Position numbers and translations under genes: made by a program
NCBI GenBank assembly: GCA_945861065.1
Contig: CAMASI010000012.1
Location: 8,139-72,138 of the forward strand
Direction of reading: 5' to 3'
DNA from: Klebsiella pneumoniae
GTDB lineage: Bacteria > Myxococcota_A > UBA796 > GCA-2862545
DNA: 64,000 bases
In this document: in pieces, positions 1 to 8,656 of the stretch
Numbering within the stretch: the first letter of the stretch is position 1
Layout: every line of letters begins with the position of its first letter
Notes under the pieces: generated by a model
What the model was told of the DNA's origin: nothing
What the model saw: the letters and a program-made list of their open reading frames with translations, nothing else
The model's database searches: none

Positions 1-835
1 CTTCGAGCAAATGCGCCTGTGGTCTGACATGCAGACCGCAAACACGTTGCCCGCTGGCGCGGACCTGTTCCTCTCTGTCATCTCCAGCGACTTCGAGCTC
101 AACCCGCATGCCAACCTGCGACCAGCGGTGGTGCTGATCGAGACGTCTGCGCTCGATGCGAAGGGTGACGCGGCGATTCAGAGCGTCGTGGCCGCGGTGG
201 AGGCGAAGGTTTCTTGGTTTCATGAAGCCACCGGAAAGGTGATTGACCTCGCTGGCCGAAGCCCGAACGGACCGACGCCTCTGTCGGTGATTGTGGACCA
301 CGGCGTGCGCTCGACGTCCGCGCTCGGCGGGATGCCGGGTGGGCGGGAGTTCACGCTTCCGTACAAGAAGTCCCTCTACGTGACAACACGCCCGCTTCCC
401 GCGGCTTTCTGCGATGGTTTCGTGGATCTGGTCGACCTCGCGAATCGTCGCTCGGGCATCAAGGTCGTCTTCCAAGGGGTGGTCGGAGGCGGAAGGTTCC
501 AGAAGAACGCCGGGCCGACGACTCGGATGCAGCGGCGCGACGCGTTGGTTCAAATCGTGTTCGACGTGTTCTACGAAGAGGGTCAAGCCTTCATCGCCGA
601 GGACTTCCAGGCCCAGATGCGGGCTTTGTGGACGAAGTACCTGCCATCGGAGACCGGCCGGATGTTCTGGGGGACCTACGAGGACCCGGGCACCAATGGC
701 GCCCAGCTCGATATGGGCAACGTCGCCACTCAAAACATGTATTACGACTCGCCTGCCGTGTACGCTGCGCTGCAGCAGGTGAAGGCCGCGATCGATCCGG
801 GGGCCGTGTTCGCGACGAAGTTCACCGTGAGGTGA
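1..835 (+). CDS. FAD-linked oxidase, C-terminal part with a berberine-bridge (BBE)-like tail. The 5' end lies outside the window.
   Basis: The frame is open back to base 2. The C-terminus YYDSPAVYAALQQVKAAIDPGAVFATKFTV fits the BBE/FAD-oxidase C-terminal signature (..Y..n..rL..vK...DP..vF). Confidence 0.55.
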   Translation, partial: FEQMRLWSDMQTANTLPAGADLFLSVISSDFELNPHANLRPAVVLIETSALDAKGDAAIQSVVAAVEAKVSWFHEATGKVIDLAGRSPNGPTPLSVIVDHGVRSTSALGGMPGGREFTLPYKKSLYVTTRPLPAAFCDGFVDLVDLANRRSGIKVVFQGVVGGGRFQKNAGPTTRMQRRDALVQIVFDVFYEEGQAFIAEDFQAQMRALWTKYLPSETGRMFWGTYEDPGTNGAQLDMGNVATQNMYYDSPAVYAALQQVKAAIDPGAVFATKFTVR

Positions 836-878
836 GACGGGGAAGCGGTTGGGATAGGTCACATTCTCGCAGGAGTGG

Positions 879-1805
879 TTGATGGCGCGACCGGTGTTCT
901 CGGCGGCCGACGCACGTCGATGGCGCAGCGCACGCGTGGACAACGCAAGCCTGAGCGGCCGGTGCGCACGGGTCCGCACCCGCAGCATCAAGGCCGACGC
1001 CAAAGAACGCCTGCTGCGCCTCGCCTTGTCCATGGTGGATTTGACCACATTGGAAGGCGCCGACACCCCCGAACGCGTCGCCGCATTGTGCCGAAAGGCC
1101 TATCGCCCGCTGCCTGAGCGCCCCGATCTCCCTTCCTGCGCCGCCGTGTGCGTGTACCCAAACCGGGTGCCAGACGCGCGCGCTGTGTTGCCGCGAGGCG
1201 GGCCCGTCAAGATCGCCTCGGTGGCCACAGGGTTTCCGGCTGGCCAGACGCCCCTTGCTACCCGAATCGCCGAGGTCCACGCGACCGTGGAATCAGGCGC
1301 TGACGAGGTCGACATGGTGATCGACCGCGGCGCCTTCCTCGCAGGCCACGACGCGCGTGTGTTCGACGAGATCGCGCTGGTCAAAGAGGCGTGCGGCGCC
1401 GTGACGCTGAAGGTCATCCTTGAAACGGGCGAATTGGGAACACTCGACAACGTGGCCGCAGCGAGCCGACTGGCCATGGCTGCCGGCGCCGACTTTATCA
1501 AGACCTCTACCGGAAAGATTCAGCCCGCGGCCACGATGGAGGTCGGGCTCGTGATGCTGGAGGCAATTCGCGAGCATTACCTCAATACCGGAGTCCTCGT
1601 CGGCATGAAACCTGCCGGAGGCATCCGCGCCGCAAAGCCGGCCCTGCACTGGCTTGTCCTGGTCGCCGAGACGCTGGGTTCCGACTGGCTCACAAACACT
1701 CGCTTTCGCTTCGGGGCGAGCAGCCTCGTCAACGACCTGTTGCGGCAACTCGTATGGACGTCGGAAGGCGTCTATTCGTCGCCACGACGCTTCTCGGTGG
1801 ACTGA
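879..1805 (+). CDS. deoC: Deoxyribose-phosphate aldolase (long form)
   Basis: LSMVDLTTLEG...VCVYP...IASVATGFPAGQ...EVDMVIDRG...LKVILETGEL...GADFIKTSTGK. The last motif contains the Schiff-base Lys. Confidence 0.85.
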   Translation: MMARPVFSAADARRWRSARVDNASLSGRCARVRTRSIKADAKERLLRLALSMVDLTTLEGADTPERVAALCRKAYRPLPERPDLPSCAAVCVYPNRVPDARAVLPRGGPVKIASVATGFPAGQTPLATRIAEVHATVESGADEVDMVIDRGAFLAGHDARVFDEIALVKEACGAVTLKVILETGELGTLDNVAAASRLAMAAGADFIKTSTGKIQPAATMEVGLVMLEAIREHYLNTGVLVGMKPAGGIRAAKPALHWLVLVAETLGSDWLTNTRFRFGASSLVNDLLRQLVWTSEGVYSSPRRFSVD

Positions 1806-3274
1806 TGCACGCACAACCCATTCGCGCCCTCAAACTGCACGACGCACTGCCCTTGGCGCCGTCCATTGAAAAAACACCCGTCCGAATTCGATCGCGCTAC
1901 GGCCATTTCATCAATGGGAAATTCGTCGACGGTTCCGACCCGTTTCCCACCGTCAATCCGGCCACCGGGCTGCCGCTCGCCCAGGTGTGCAGCGCCAGCG
2001 CCGAAGAAGTCGATGCCGCCGTGCGCGCCGCGCAACAGGCCTTCACGCAGGTGTGGGCGCCGATGGACCCAGCCGACCGCGGAAAGTTTCTCTACCGAAT
2101 CGCGCGACGCCTCCAGGAACGTAGCCGGGAATTGGCCGTCATCGAGACGATGGACAACGGCAAATCCATCCGCGAAACCCGCGACATCGACGTGCCGCTC
2201 GCGGCCGCACATTTCTTCTACTACGCCGGCTGGGCCGACAAGCTTGCCTACGCTGTTCCCGGCAGATCGGTCGGGCCCCTCGGGGTCGCAGCGCAGGTCA
2301 TCCCGTGGAATTTCCCGTTGCTCATGGCAGCGTGGAAAATTGCACCCGCGCTCGCCTGCGGCAACACGGTGGTCATCAAACCCGCGGAGACCACGCCGCT
2401 GTCGATGATGGCCCTGTGCGAGATTTTCGAGGAAGTCGGGCTGCCGCCGGGCGTCGTCAACGTCGTCAACGGCGCTGGCGTCACCGGTGCGGCGCTCGTA
2501 AACCACGCAATCCCCCGAAAAGTCGCCTTCACGGGTTCGACCGACGTCGGCCGAATCATCCTCAAATCCACCGCCGGTTCTGGGAAGAAACTGACGCTCG
2601 AACTTGGCGGCAAGGGTGCGAACGTGGTGTTCGCCGACGCTGCCCTCGATCAGGCGGTCGAAGGCACCATCAACGGCATCTTCTACAACCAAGGGCATGT
2701 GTGCTGCGCCGGTAGCCGTCTGCTCGTCGAAGAATCCATCGCGGACGATTTCGTCGAGCGTGTCAAACGCCGCGTCGAAACCCTGCGCATCGGCGACCCG
2801 CTCGACAAGAATACCGACATCGGCGCCATCAATTCGTCGAGCCAACTCGGCACCATCCGCAAATACGTGGACATCGGCGTGGACGAGGGCGCCACCTGCT
2901 GGCAAGGCGCGGCGACCGCGGTGCCGAACAACGGCGGCTTCTGGCATCTGCCCACCATCCTCACCGGCGTACAGCAGACATGTACCGTGGCCCGCGAGGA
3001 GATTTTCGGACCCGTCTTGTCGGTGATGACCTTTCGCACGCCCGCGGAGGCCGTCGCGAAGGCCAACGACAGCGAATACGGGCTCGCCGCTGGTGTGTGG
3101 ACGGAAAAGACCAGCAAATTGTTCGAGGTCGCCCACGCGCTCAACGCCGGCGTGGTCTGGGCGAATGGGTACAATTTGTTTGACCCGGCCAGCCCCTTTG
3201 GCGGCGTGCGGCATTCGGGTTTCGGTCGGGAAGGTGGCATCGCGGGCTTGTGGCCCTACCTGGAGGTCCGATGA
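1805..3274 (+). CDS. NAD(P)-dependent aldehyde dehydrogenase
   Basis: VIPWNFPLLMAAWKIAPALACGNTVVIKPAE, LELGGKGANVVF and GHVCCAGSRLLV (catalytic Cys). The ATG at 1805 overlaps the deoC stop (TGATG). Confidence 0.9.
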   Translation: MHAQPIRALKLHDALPLAPSIEKTPVRIRSRYGHFINGKFVDGSDPFPTVNPATGLPLAQVCSASAEEVDAAVRAAQQAFTQVWAPMDPADRGKFLYRIARRLQERSRELAVIETMDNGKSIRETRDIDVPLAAAHFFYYAGWADKLAYAVPGRSVGPLGVAAQVIPWNFPLLMAAWKIAPALACGNTVVIKPAETTPLSMMALCEIFEEVGLPPGVVNVVNGAGVTGAALVNHAIPRKVAFTGSTDVGRIILKSTAGSGKKLTLELGGKGANVVFADAALDQAVEGTINGIFYNQGHVCCAGSRLLVEESIADDFVERVKRRVETLRIGDPLDKNTDIGAINSSSQLGTIRKYVDIGVDEGATCWQGAATAVPNNGGFWHLPTILTGVQQTCTVAREEIFGPVLSVMTFRTPAEAVAKANDSEYGLAAGVWTEKTSKLFEVAHALNAGVVWANGYNLFDPASPFGGVRHSGFGREGGIAGLWPYLEVR

Positions 3275-4101
3275 GTTCGCGACTGCCGGTGTGGCGCACG
3301 CCAAAACTATTTGTCGGTGGCAAATTCGTACGGTCGGAATCGGGGCATACGGTCGCGGTGGAGGTCGGAATGAGCGTGGTGCATGCGAGCAAGGCGAGTC
3401 GCAAGGATCTGCGCGACGCGGTAGAAATCGCGCGGGCGGCCCAAGGCGGCTGGGCGGGGCGCACCGCGTACAACCGCGGGCAGATTCTGTACCGGTTGGC
3501 CGAAATGCTGGAACAGCGGGTGGATCGCTGTCCCGAAGCCGCGGCCGCCGCAGATCGAGCGGTTCATTATGCGGGGTGGGCCGACAAAGTCACCGCGGTA
3601 TTGTCGAGCCTGAACCCGGTGGCCGCCACCTACGTGAATTATTCGATGGTGCGACCGCTCGGCCTAGTGGTCGCGGTGGTGGACCCGGCTTCCGGCCTGC
3701 TCGGGCTGGTGGAGGCCTGCTGCGCCATCGCGGTGATGGGAAATAGCGGAATTGTATTTGCCGACGCATCTGGGGTCGAGAATGCGACGCATTTGATGGA
3801 GGCGCTGGCCACCTCCGACTTGCCAGGGGGCGTGATCAACGTGCTCACCGGGCCGCTCGCCGAGTTGGTGGGTCATGTGGCGAAGCAAGACGACGTGGAC
3901 GCGCTGCTGTTCGTGGGCAAGCCGCTGCCCGACGACGTGGTCGCGAAATCGGTGGCCGACGGCGCCCGGGTGTTGCGCCGGGTCGTGCACCAGGCCGACC
4001 TGAGCACGCCCATGGGGCCGGATGTGCTGGGACGGCTGTCGGAACTCAAGACGGTGTGGATGAGCGCATACGAGCCGGTGGGCGGGGCTTCGGTGTACTG
4101 A
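3271..4101 (+). CDS. Truncated aldehyde-dehydrogenase-like protein with an N-terminal/NAD-binding half only
   Basis: It aligns by eye to the upstream ALDH (KLFVGGKFV..., RGQILYRLAEMLEQR, AVMGNSGIVFADASG, GGVINVLTG) but ends before the ELGGK and catalytic-Cys region. Its ATG at 3271 overlaps the upstream stop (ATGA), and GGAGG lies just upstream. Confidence 0.7.
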   Translation: MSSRLPVWRTPKLFVGGKFVRSESGHTVAVEVGMSVVHASKASRKDLRDAVEIARAAQGGWAGRTAYNRGQILYRLAEMLEQRVDRCPEAAAAADRAVHYAGWADKVTAVLSSLNPVAATYVNYSMVRPLGLVVAVVDPASGLLGLVEACCAIAVMGNSGIVFADASGVENATHLMEALATSDLPGGVINVLTGPLAELVGHVAKQDDVDALLFVGKPLPDDVVAKSVADGARVLRRVVHQADLSTPMGPDVLGRLSELKTVWMSAYEPVGGASVY

Positions 4102-5441
4102 TGCCCGTTGTGGAAGGGATCGACCTGGACGAGATTCGGATCCGCGAAAGCGAACGCGTGGAGTGGAAGCTGCGTGCGGCGGACCCCAAGGATGTGGTGC
4201 GATCCGTCGTGGCCATAGCCAATGATCTGCACAATCTCGGCGGCGGCTACATCGTATGCGGCGCCGAGGAAGCCGAGAACGCGCATGGGTTCCAGCGGTT
4301 GGTCGCCCAAGGGCTGACGGCCCAGGAAATCAAGCGCATTCAGGACAAGGCGGTCGGAGCGCTCCGGAGTCAGGTGTCGCCACCCCTCGCCGTTCGCACG
4401 GTGGAGATCCCCGTTTCGGATCCGGAGCGGCGAATCCTCGTGATCGTGGTGGCGCAAAGCCCACAGGCACATCAATTCGAGAAAGAGTATTGGATTCGGT
4501 CGGGTCGCCAAACTCAATCGGCCAGGAACGGCGTCCTTCTTGAACTCAACCGGCAAAAGCGTGCTGGCGCATCGGTCGACCTGCGCCCTGTGCCTGGTGC
4601 CACCGTTGACGACCTCGACCTGCTTGCCGTGCGAGACTGGCTCACGCGCGCTGGCTTGTGGGACGGCGAAATCGCGGGCTGGCTCTCCCCAGGTCGGCCC
4701 GCAGGGCCGATGGCGCCATCGATGATGGTGGAGGACGCTGGCGTTGTGCGTCCGCGACTGGCCACTATGCTGTGTTTCGGTCGTATGGATTCTCCGACAT
4801 TTCAGCACCCGGGTACGGTAATGGCGCGCTTCGACGGCTTGGAGCGGTCCGCGAATGTTGCAGAACGAACGCAGTTCGGCGGCACGCTACTGTTCCAGTG
4901 CGCCGACGTGCTTCGTGCGCTCCAGACCGAATTGTACGTTCGAATCGACAAGCGCCTTCCACTGCCGAATTCGACCCGATACCCCACCTCCGCCATCCAA
5001 GAGGCCCTGGTAAACGCCTACATACATGGCGATCCGCGCACGAACACACCCATCCACGTGGACGTGTTTCCCGACAGGATTGAAATCACCTCGATTGGCG
5101 CCCCGCCTTCGGGCGTGACCCTGGACCAGGCCACGAACATTCCGCTTTCCAATCTGCGCTACCGAGGCCTCGCCTGCTTTTTCCTCGGCGTTCGCCTGGC
5201 ACAAACCCTCGGAACGGGTGTCAAACGAATGCGAGAGGCCTTGCTCGGGCGCGATCCCCACAAGCCGGAACCGACCCGACCCGACCCGCTCCCGGTCCCG
5301 CTCCCGACCCCGCTCCCGGCGTCGCCCCTGGAAGCGTCAGCGATCATTCTGGAGCTTCTTCGCCAAGGGCTACGAGCATCGCCACGACGCGATCGAACTG
5401 CTCCTTACCGGACCGATGCGTTGCGTCCTCGACAAGGTTGA
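4101..5441 (+). CDS. AlbA_2 (Schlafen-type) DNA-binding domain plus HATPase_c_4-like ATP-binding protein. The 3' end runs into the repeat element.
   Basis: ESERVEWK....VVRSVVAIANDLHNLGGGYIVCGAEE is AlbA_2-like. IQEALVNAYIHGDPRTNTPIHVDVFPDRIEITSIGAPP is HATPase_c_4-like. The ATG at 4101 overlaps the upstream stop (TGATG). After about 5246 the reading frame is low-complexity P-rich sequence belonging to the repeat. Confidence 0.65.
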   Translation: MPVVEGIDLDEIRIRESERVEWKLRAADPKDVVRSVVAIANDLHNLGGGYIVCGAEEAENAHGFQRLVAQGLTAQEIKRIQDKAVGALRSQVSPPLAVRTVEIPVSDPERRILVIVVAQSPQAHQFEKEYWIRSGRQTQSARNGVLLELNRQKRAGASVDLRPVPGATVDDLDLLAVRDWLTRAGLWDGEIAGWLSPGRPAGPMAPSMMVEDAGVVRPRLATMLCFGRMDSPTFQHPGTVMARFDGLERSANVAERTQFGGTLLFQCADVLRALQTELYVRIDKRLPLPNSTRYPTSAIQEALVNAYIHGDPRTNTPIHVDVFPDRIEITSIGAPPSGVTLDQATNIPLSNLRYRGLACFFLGVRLAQTLGTGVKRMREALLGRDPHKPEPTRPDPLPVPLPTPLPASPLEASAIILELLRQGLRASPRRDRTAPYRTDALRPRQG

Positions 5442-5782
5442 GGCGCCGGCACACATCGAGGATCGCCGCGCACTCAGTGGCGGAGCCCGATGCCGACAGG
5501 TAGTACCGCCTCTTGTCGCCGGGCGAGTACTTCCCCGCGCCTTCTGCGATTTTGAGTACGATCGACAAGGAGGCGCGTGACAGCTGATCACCGATGTGCG
5601 AGCGCCCTCGAGGCAACCGCTCAACGACGCCGTTGGCGAGTACCAGGAAGTCCAAGGCGACGGCGTACACATCGAGCCTCTCATGGTCGAACGGCATCGC
5701 TGCCTCGGGTCGGGAGGGGGATCGGGATCGGGATCGGGTGCGGGCAGGAGTATCGCGGAGCGGCTTTCGATCATCGCGCCCC
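5246..5782. repeat. Copy 1 of a roughly 0.5 kb repeat element. The inverted partner is at 55079-55540.
   Basis: Base-by-base comparison shows that the reverse complement of 5246-5782 matches 55079-55540. The differences are scattered mismatches, a 61-bp gap in copy 2 and length differences in the P-rich tract. The element contains (GATCGG)n and CCGACC-type simple sequence at its ends. Confidence 0.9.
5344..5697 (-). CDS. Four-helix-bundle protein (23S rRNA intervening-sequence protein / Avd-like family)
   Basis: MPFDHERLDVYAVALDF...IGDQLSRASLSIVLKIAEGAGKYSPGDKRRYYLSASGSATECAAILDVC matches the hallmark of this family. The start was chosen at the family-typical N-terminus. Confidence 0.85.
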   Translation of the reverse strand: MPFDHERLDVYAVALDFLVLANGVVERLPRGRSHIGDQLSRASLSIVLKIAEGAGKYSPGDKRRYYLSASGSATECAAILDVCRRLNLVEDATHRSGKEQFDRVVAMLVALGEEAPE

Positions 5783-5862
5783 CAGGGCAGAGCTTGCTCG
5801 GGTTCCTCCACACGCGCGATGCGGCCGTGTGAACGCGGGACACGCGGACTACACTCACGGGC

Positions 5863-6831
5863 ATGTGGACACTGCTTGTCGAAATGGCCCTCTGCGCAGA
5901 TACCGAAATTGTCGTGTACGGCAATCGATTTAGCACCTTCGACGACACACGATGGCGCATCCAGGTGGAGATGGTGCTGCCTTTCCCGATCCTCGTCGCC
6001 GCAGAACTCAACCATAGCCTCCGGGTACGTGCATTCATCGCCGACGTCGTCCTGCAGTGCAATCTCGCCGACGTTCTGGGCAAAGACCGTCGAGAGGTTT
6101 CATGCGTGGTGCAAGACGTTGCGGTTGACGTCGTCACTGCACCCGGCGATTCCAAAAAACTCGCGCTGGGCGTCGTCCAAGACCTTGACGGCGGCTTGAC
6201 GGGCGCCCCCATTGAATTGCAGGTAAATGACACGGGCTCCATTCAGAATGTAGGAATCAATCGAGTGGCCGACAACCCGTGGCAACAAGCGCGCATGGAG
6301 AGTCATCGTCAGATCCTGAAATCCGTTGTCGCACCGCTGGACCTCAAGCTGCCAGAATACCGGGACGGCGCGCGCTGGTTCGAGACGAGTTCGATGTTGT
6401 TTGCTATGCCGTCCCTGAGCACCCCAGTCGGTGCGCAAACTCTGGGGCATGTGCTCTCGGAATTCCAAGGAAATTGGCTGGTGCAGACGATTGGTTCCTC
6501 CGTTGTATACCCCAATCCAGACACCGAGAGTGTGGCCTTAGGCGCGGGTCAGGGCGGTATGGCCGAGGTCCGCGGGGGTACTTCCGCATCGTGGCTCGCC
6601 AGCCTCGATGGCGTTTCCGTGTACGACAATTCCGACGGTTCGTTGCTCGAACGCGTCTTCGCCGTGCACGGAGAGGCCGGAGGCGGTGGCGCGAAATCCG
6701 ACTGGTGGTACAGCGGACGCGTCGATCGCCTCGATTCCGACGAGGTCGTGACGTTGACGACCAGTCGGGTTGTCGCGTTCCCAGGCGCAAAGAAAAGCGG
6801 CCTTCCTCCGTGGCGCTCCATCAATCGTTGA
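5863..6831 (+). CDS. Hypothetical protein with no recognisable motif
   Basis: An uninterrupted 322-codon ORF with balanced amino-acid composition. Third-position GC is visibly weaker than in neighbouring genes. The antisense frame also looks open in parts, so the call is tentative. Confidence 0.45.
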   Translation: MWTLLVEMALCADTEIVVYGNRFSTFDDTRWRIQVEMVLPFPILVAAELNHSLRVRAFIADVVLQCNLADVLGKDRREVSCVVQDVAVDVVTAPGDSKKLALGVVQDLDGGLTGAPIELQVNDTGSIQNVGINRVADNPWQQARMESHRQILKSVVAPLDLKLPEYRDGARWFETSSMLFAMPSLSTPVGAQTLGHVLSEFQGNWLVQTIGSSVVYPNPDTESVALGAGQGGMAEVRGGTSASWLASLDGVSVYDNSDGSLLERVFAVHGEAGGGGAKSDWWYSGRVDRLDSDEVVTLTTSRVVAFPGAKKSGLPPWRSINR

Positions 6832-7675
6832 TTTCCGCGTCCTCAGCGGTTCCCGCTGCCTCCAGAAACCCGAGTACCCGGGCCTGAACCGCCGGATCCT
6901 GCAAGAAGGCCTGGCCGCTGTGACCAAAACCCTCCAGCTCCACATAGATCGCACCGGGGATTTCGCGAGCCAGCGGCCGACCGCCTAGATCAATCGGTAT
7001 TGTCCCGTCATCACGCGCGTGAATCACCATCACCGGCACCTGCAGCCGGTTGGCGACGGCCAGGGTGTCAAAGGGGTGCCGAAGTATCAACTCAACGGGC
7101 CACAAGGGTGCTCTCTGTTGGGCAAGCAGGGTCACCGACGCGAAAGTCGACTCCAGGATCAGCGCACATGGATCCGCAGGACCCGCAACCAACTGGGCCG
7201 CCACGCCACCCCCGAGGCTCAAACCCCACACGGCAATTCGATTCGGCGCATAGCCCTGCGCCAGCAACCAGTCCCACGCGGCTTGTCCAGCCGACACCAG
7301 CGAGGTCTGGCCCGGTGCACCTCCCGACCCAGCATACCCGGGGTATTCGACCGCAAAACTATCCCAACCCGCGATTCCGAACGCGCGGTACATTGCGGCA
7401 TGCCCGGTGATGGAGCTGCCATTTCCGTGAAAGTAAAGGATGACCCGTTTCTGCGGCAGCGGGGACGGCAGGAACCACGCCATCAAGGCGTTGCCCTCGG
7501 CCGAACGTAGACTCACCACAGAAACGCCGGCGTCGCGCGCACGCTGGTCCAAAACGTGCTGTGAAATCTTTGGCGCCGGAAAGATGAGTGCCTCTTGTGA
7601 CACCCAGAATAGCGCCCCCACGGCGAGCCACCCGGTCGCCGCGGAAAGGGCCAACCAACCCAAGAAACGTTTCAT
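6821..7675 (-). CDS. Alpha/beta hydrolase with an N-terminal membrane anchor or signal
   Basis: ILYFHGNGSS...VWGLSLGGGVAAQL (GxSxG nucleophile elbow)...HARDDGTIP...GFGHSG. Confidence 0.8.
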   Translation of the reverse strand: MKRFLGWLALSAATGWLAVGALFWVSQEALIFPAPKISQHVLDQRARDAGVSVVSLRSAEGNALMAWFLPSPLPQKRVILYFHGNGSSITGHAAMYRAFGIAGWDSFAVEYPGYAGSGGAPGQTSLVSAGQAAWDWLLAQGYAPNRIAVWGLSLGGGVAAQLVAGPADPCALILESTFASVTLLAQQRAPLWPVELILRHPFDTLAVANRLQVPVMVIHARDDGTIPIDLGGRPLAREIPGAIYVELEGFGHSGQAFLQDPAVQARVLGFLEAAGTAEDAEIND

Positions 7676-8208
7676 CCGCCCCGCTCGTCCAAATAGCGGC
7701 GTACGGCGTCATTGCTCTTTCGCAGATTCGGCTCCAACAGTCCGACGACGAACCGCTCCAACGCCGGCGCGAGCTGTTTTGCTAAAAAAGAAGGGACCCC
7801 GGGGATGCGCTCGGGATGCAGGATGAATTCGCCATTGTTCTGGATGACCGTGCACCCCCCCTCGTCGCGAAACACGTTGAGGCCGCGGGCGGTGACCGCA
7901 TCCGGCAGCGCCATCAGCGTGATGTTCCACGAACACCGCCACTTTCCCATGTCCCATTCAGCGCGGTCCACCCAAGACAACATGTCAGGCCTGATCACTG
8001 GCCGCAAGGGCGCAGGGACGTCGCTGCTTGCGCCGTACCAGTGGTTGAGCAGACGAACAACCTGCCCGTCCTCGACCCGCTCCTCAACGATCACCCGGTC
8101 GATGTTGGGCAAGTAGGGCAGCAAGTCGACCAAATGGTCTCGATGGGCCTCGAAAACCGCCTGACGCGGGTACGCAACTTCGTCGGTCACGGTGAACTTC
8201 ATGCCCAC
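7672..8208 (-). CDS. SRPBCC/START-like (polyketide-cyclase fold) protein
   Basis: The size and the pattern FTVTDEVAYPRQAVFEAHRD...RCSWNITL are typical of SRPBCC ligand-binding proteins. It overlaps the downstream hydrolase by 4 nt. Confidence 0.5.
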   Translation of the reverse strand: MGMKFTVTDEVAYPRQAVFEAHRDHLVDLLPYLPNIDRVIVEERVEDGQVVRLLNHWYGASSDVPAPLRPVIRPDMLSWVDRAEWDMGKWRCSWNITLMALPDAVTARGLNVFRDEGGCTVIQNNGEFILHPERIPGVPSFLAKQLAPALERFVVGLLEPNLRKSNDAVRRYLDERGG

Positions 8209-8275
8209 TCTTGACCCCTCTTCGCCCGATTTGCAACCCGCCAGCGCGCCGACAGCCGTGCTACACGCGCGCCCG

Positions 8276-8656
8276 ATGCGCGCTCCTCAGATCCGGACCT
8301 TACGAACGCTCTGTGTCACCTGGCTGCCGCGGGACGCCCTGGTGCCCGTAGACGCAGTCGACGCAGGTGTGGACATCACGCTGATCTGCTGGTTCGATTC
8401 TTTGCCCCGCGCCCACCGGTTGCGTCAACTGGCATTGCTTCGGTCGATCGAAAGCGGATTCGGGTTGGCAAACGGACGCCCCGGGTTGTCTTTTAGCGAC
8501 GCCCTGCCCGATGAACGACGCACATGGCTGGAACGTGTCGCCCGCGGCGCGCTGGCGAATGACTACCACGCGCTGCGTGAAACTGCGGTCCGGGCCTGGG
8601 TGTCCTCCGAGCCCGTGCGCGCCCACCTCCCCCTCCGAACGCAGGAGACACCGTGA
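8276..8656 (+). CDS. Hypothetical protein, translationally coupled to the sulfotransferase
   Basis: Coding-like codon usage. Its stop overlaps the GTG start of the next gene (GTGA at 8653-8656). The start is uncertain (8192 or 8276). Confidence 0.45.
   Translation: MRAPQIRTLRTLCVTWLPRDALVPVDAVDAGVDITLICWFDSLPRAHRLRQLALLRSIESGFGLANGRPGLSFSDALPDERRTWLERVARGALANDYHALRETAVRAWVSSEPVRAHLPLRTQETP

Noticed and set aside
1772-3304. A long 510-aa minus-strand ORF antisense to the aldehyde dehydrogenase. Similar cases are 18001-19239, 52232-53365, 59824-61128, 59972-61645, 61663-62895, 25660-26601 and 25878-26954.
   Set aside because: These are Arg/Gly/Pro/Ser-rich shadow ORFs typical of GC-rich DNA. 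In each case the opposite or alternative frame carries unmistakable family motifs.
5344-5697. The four-helix-bundle (Avd-like) gene as part of a diversity-generating retroelement
   Set aside because: No reverse transcriptase ORF and no template/variable repeat pair with adenine-specific mismatches is visible near either copy.
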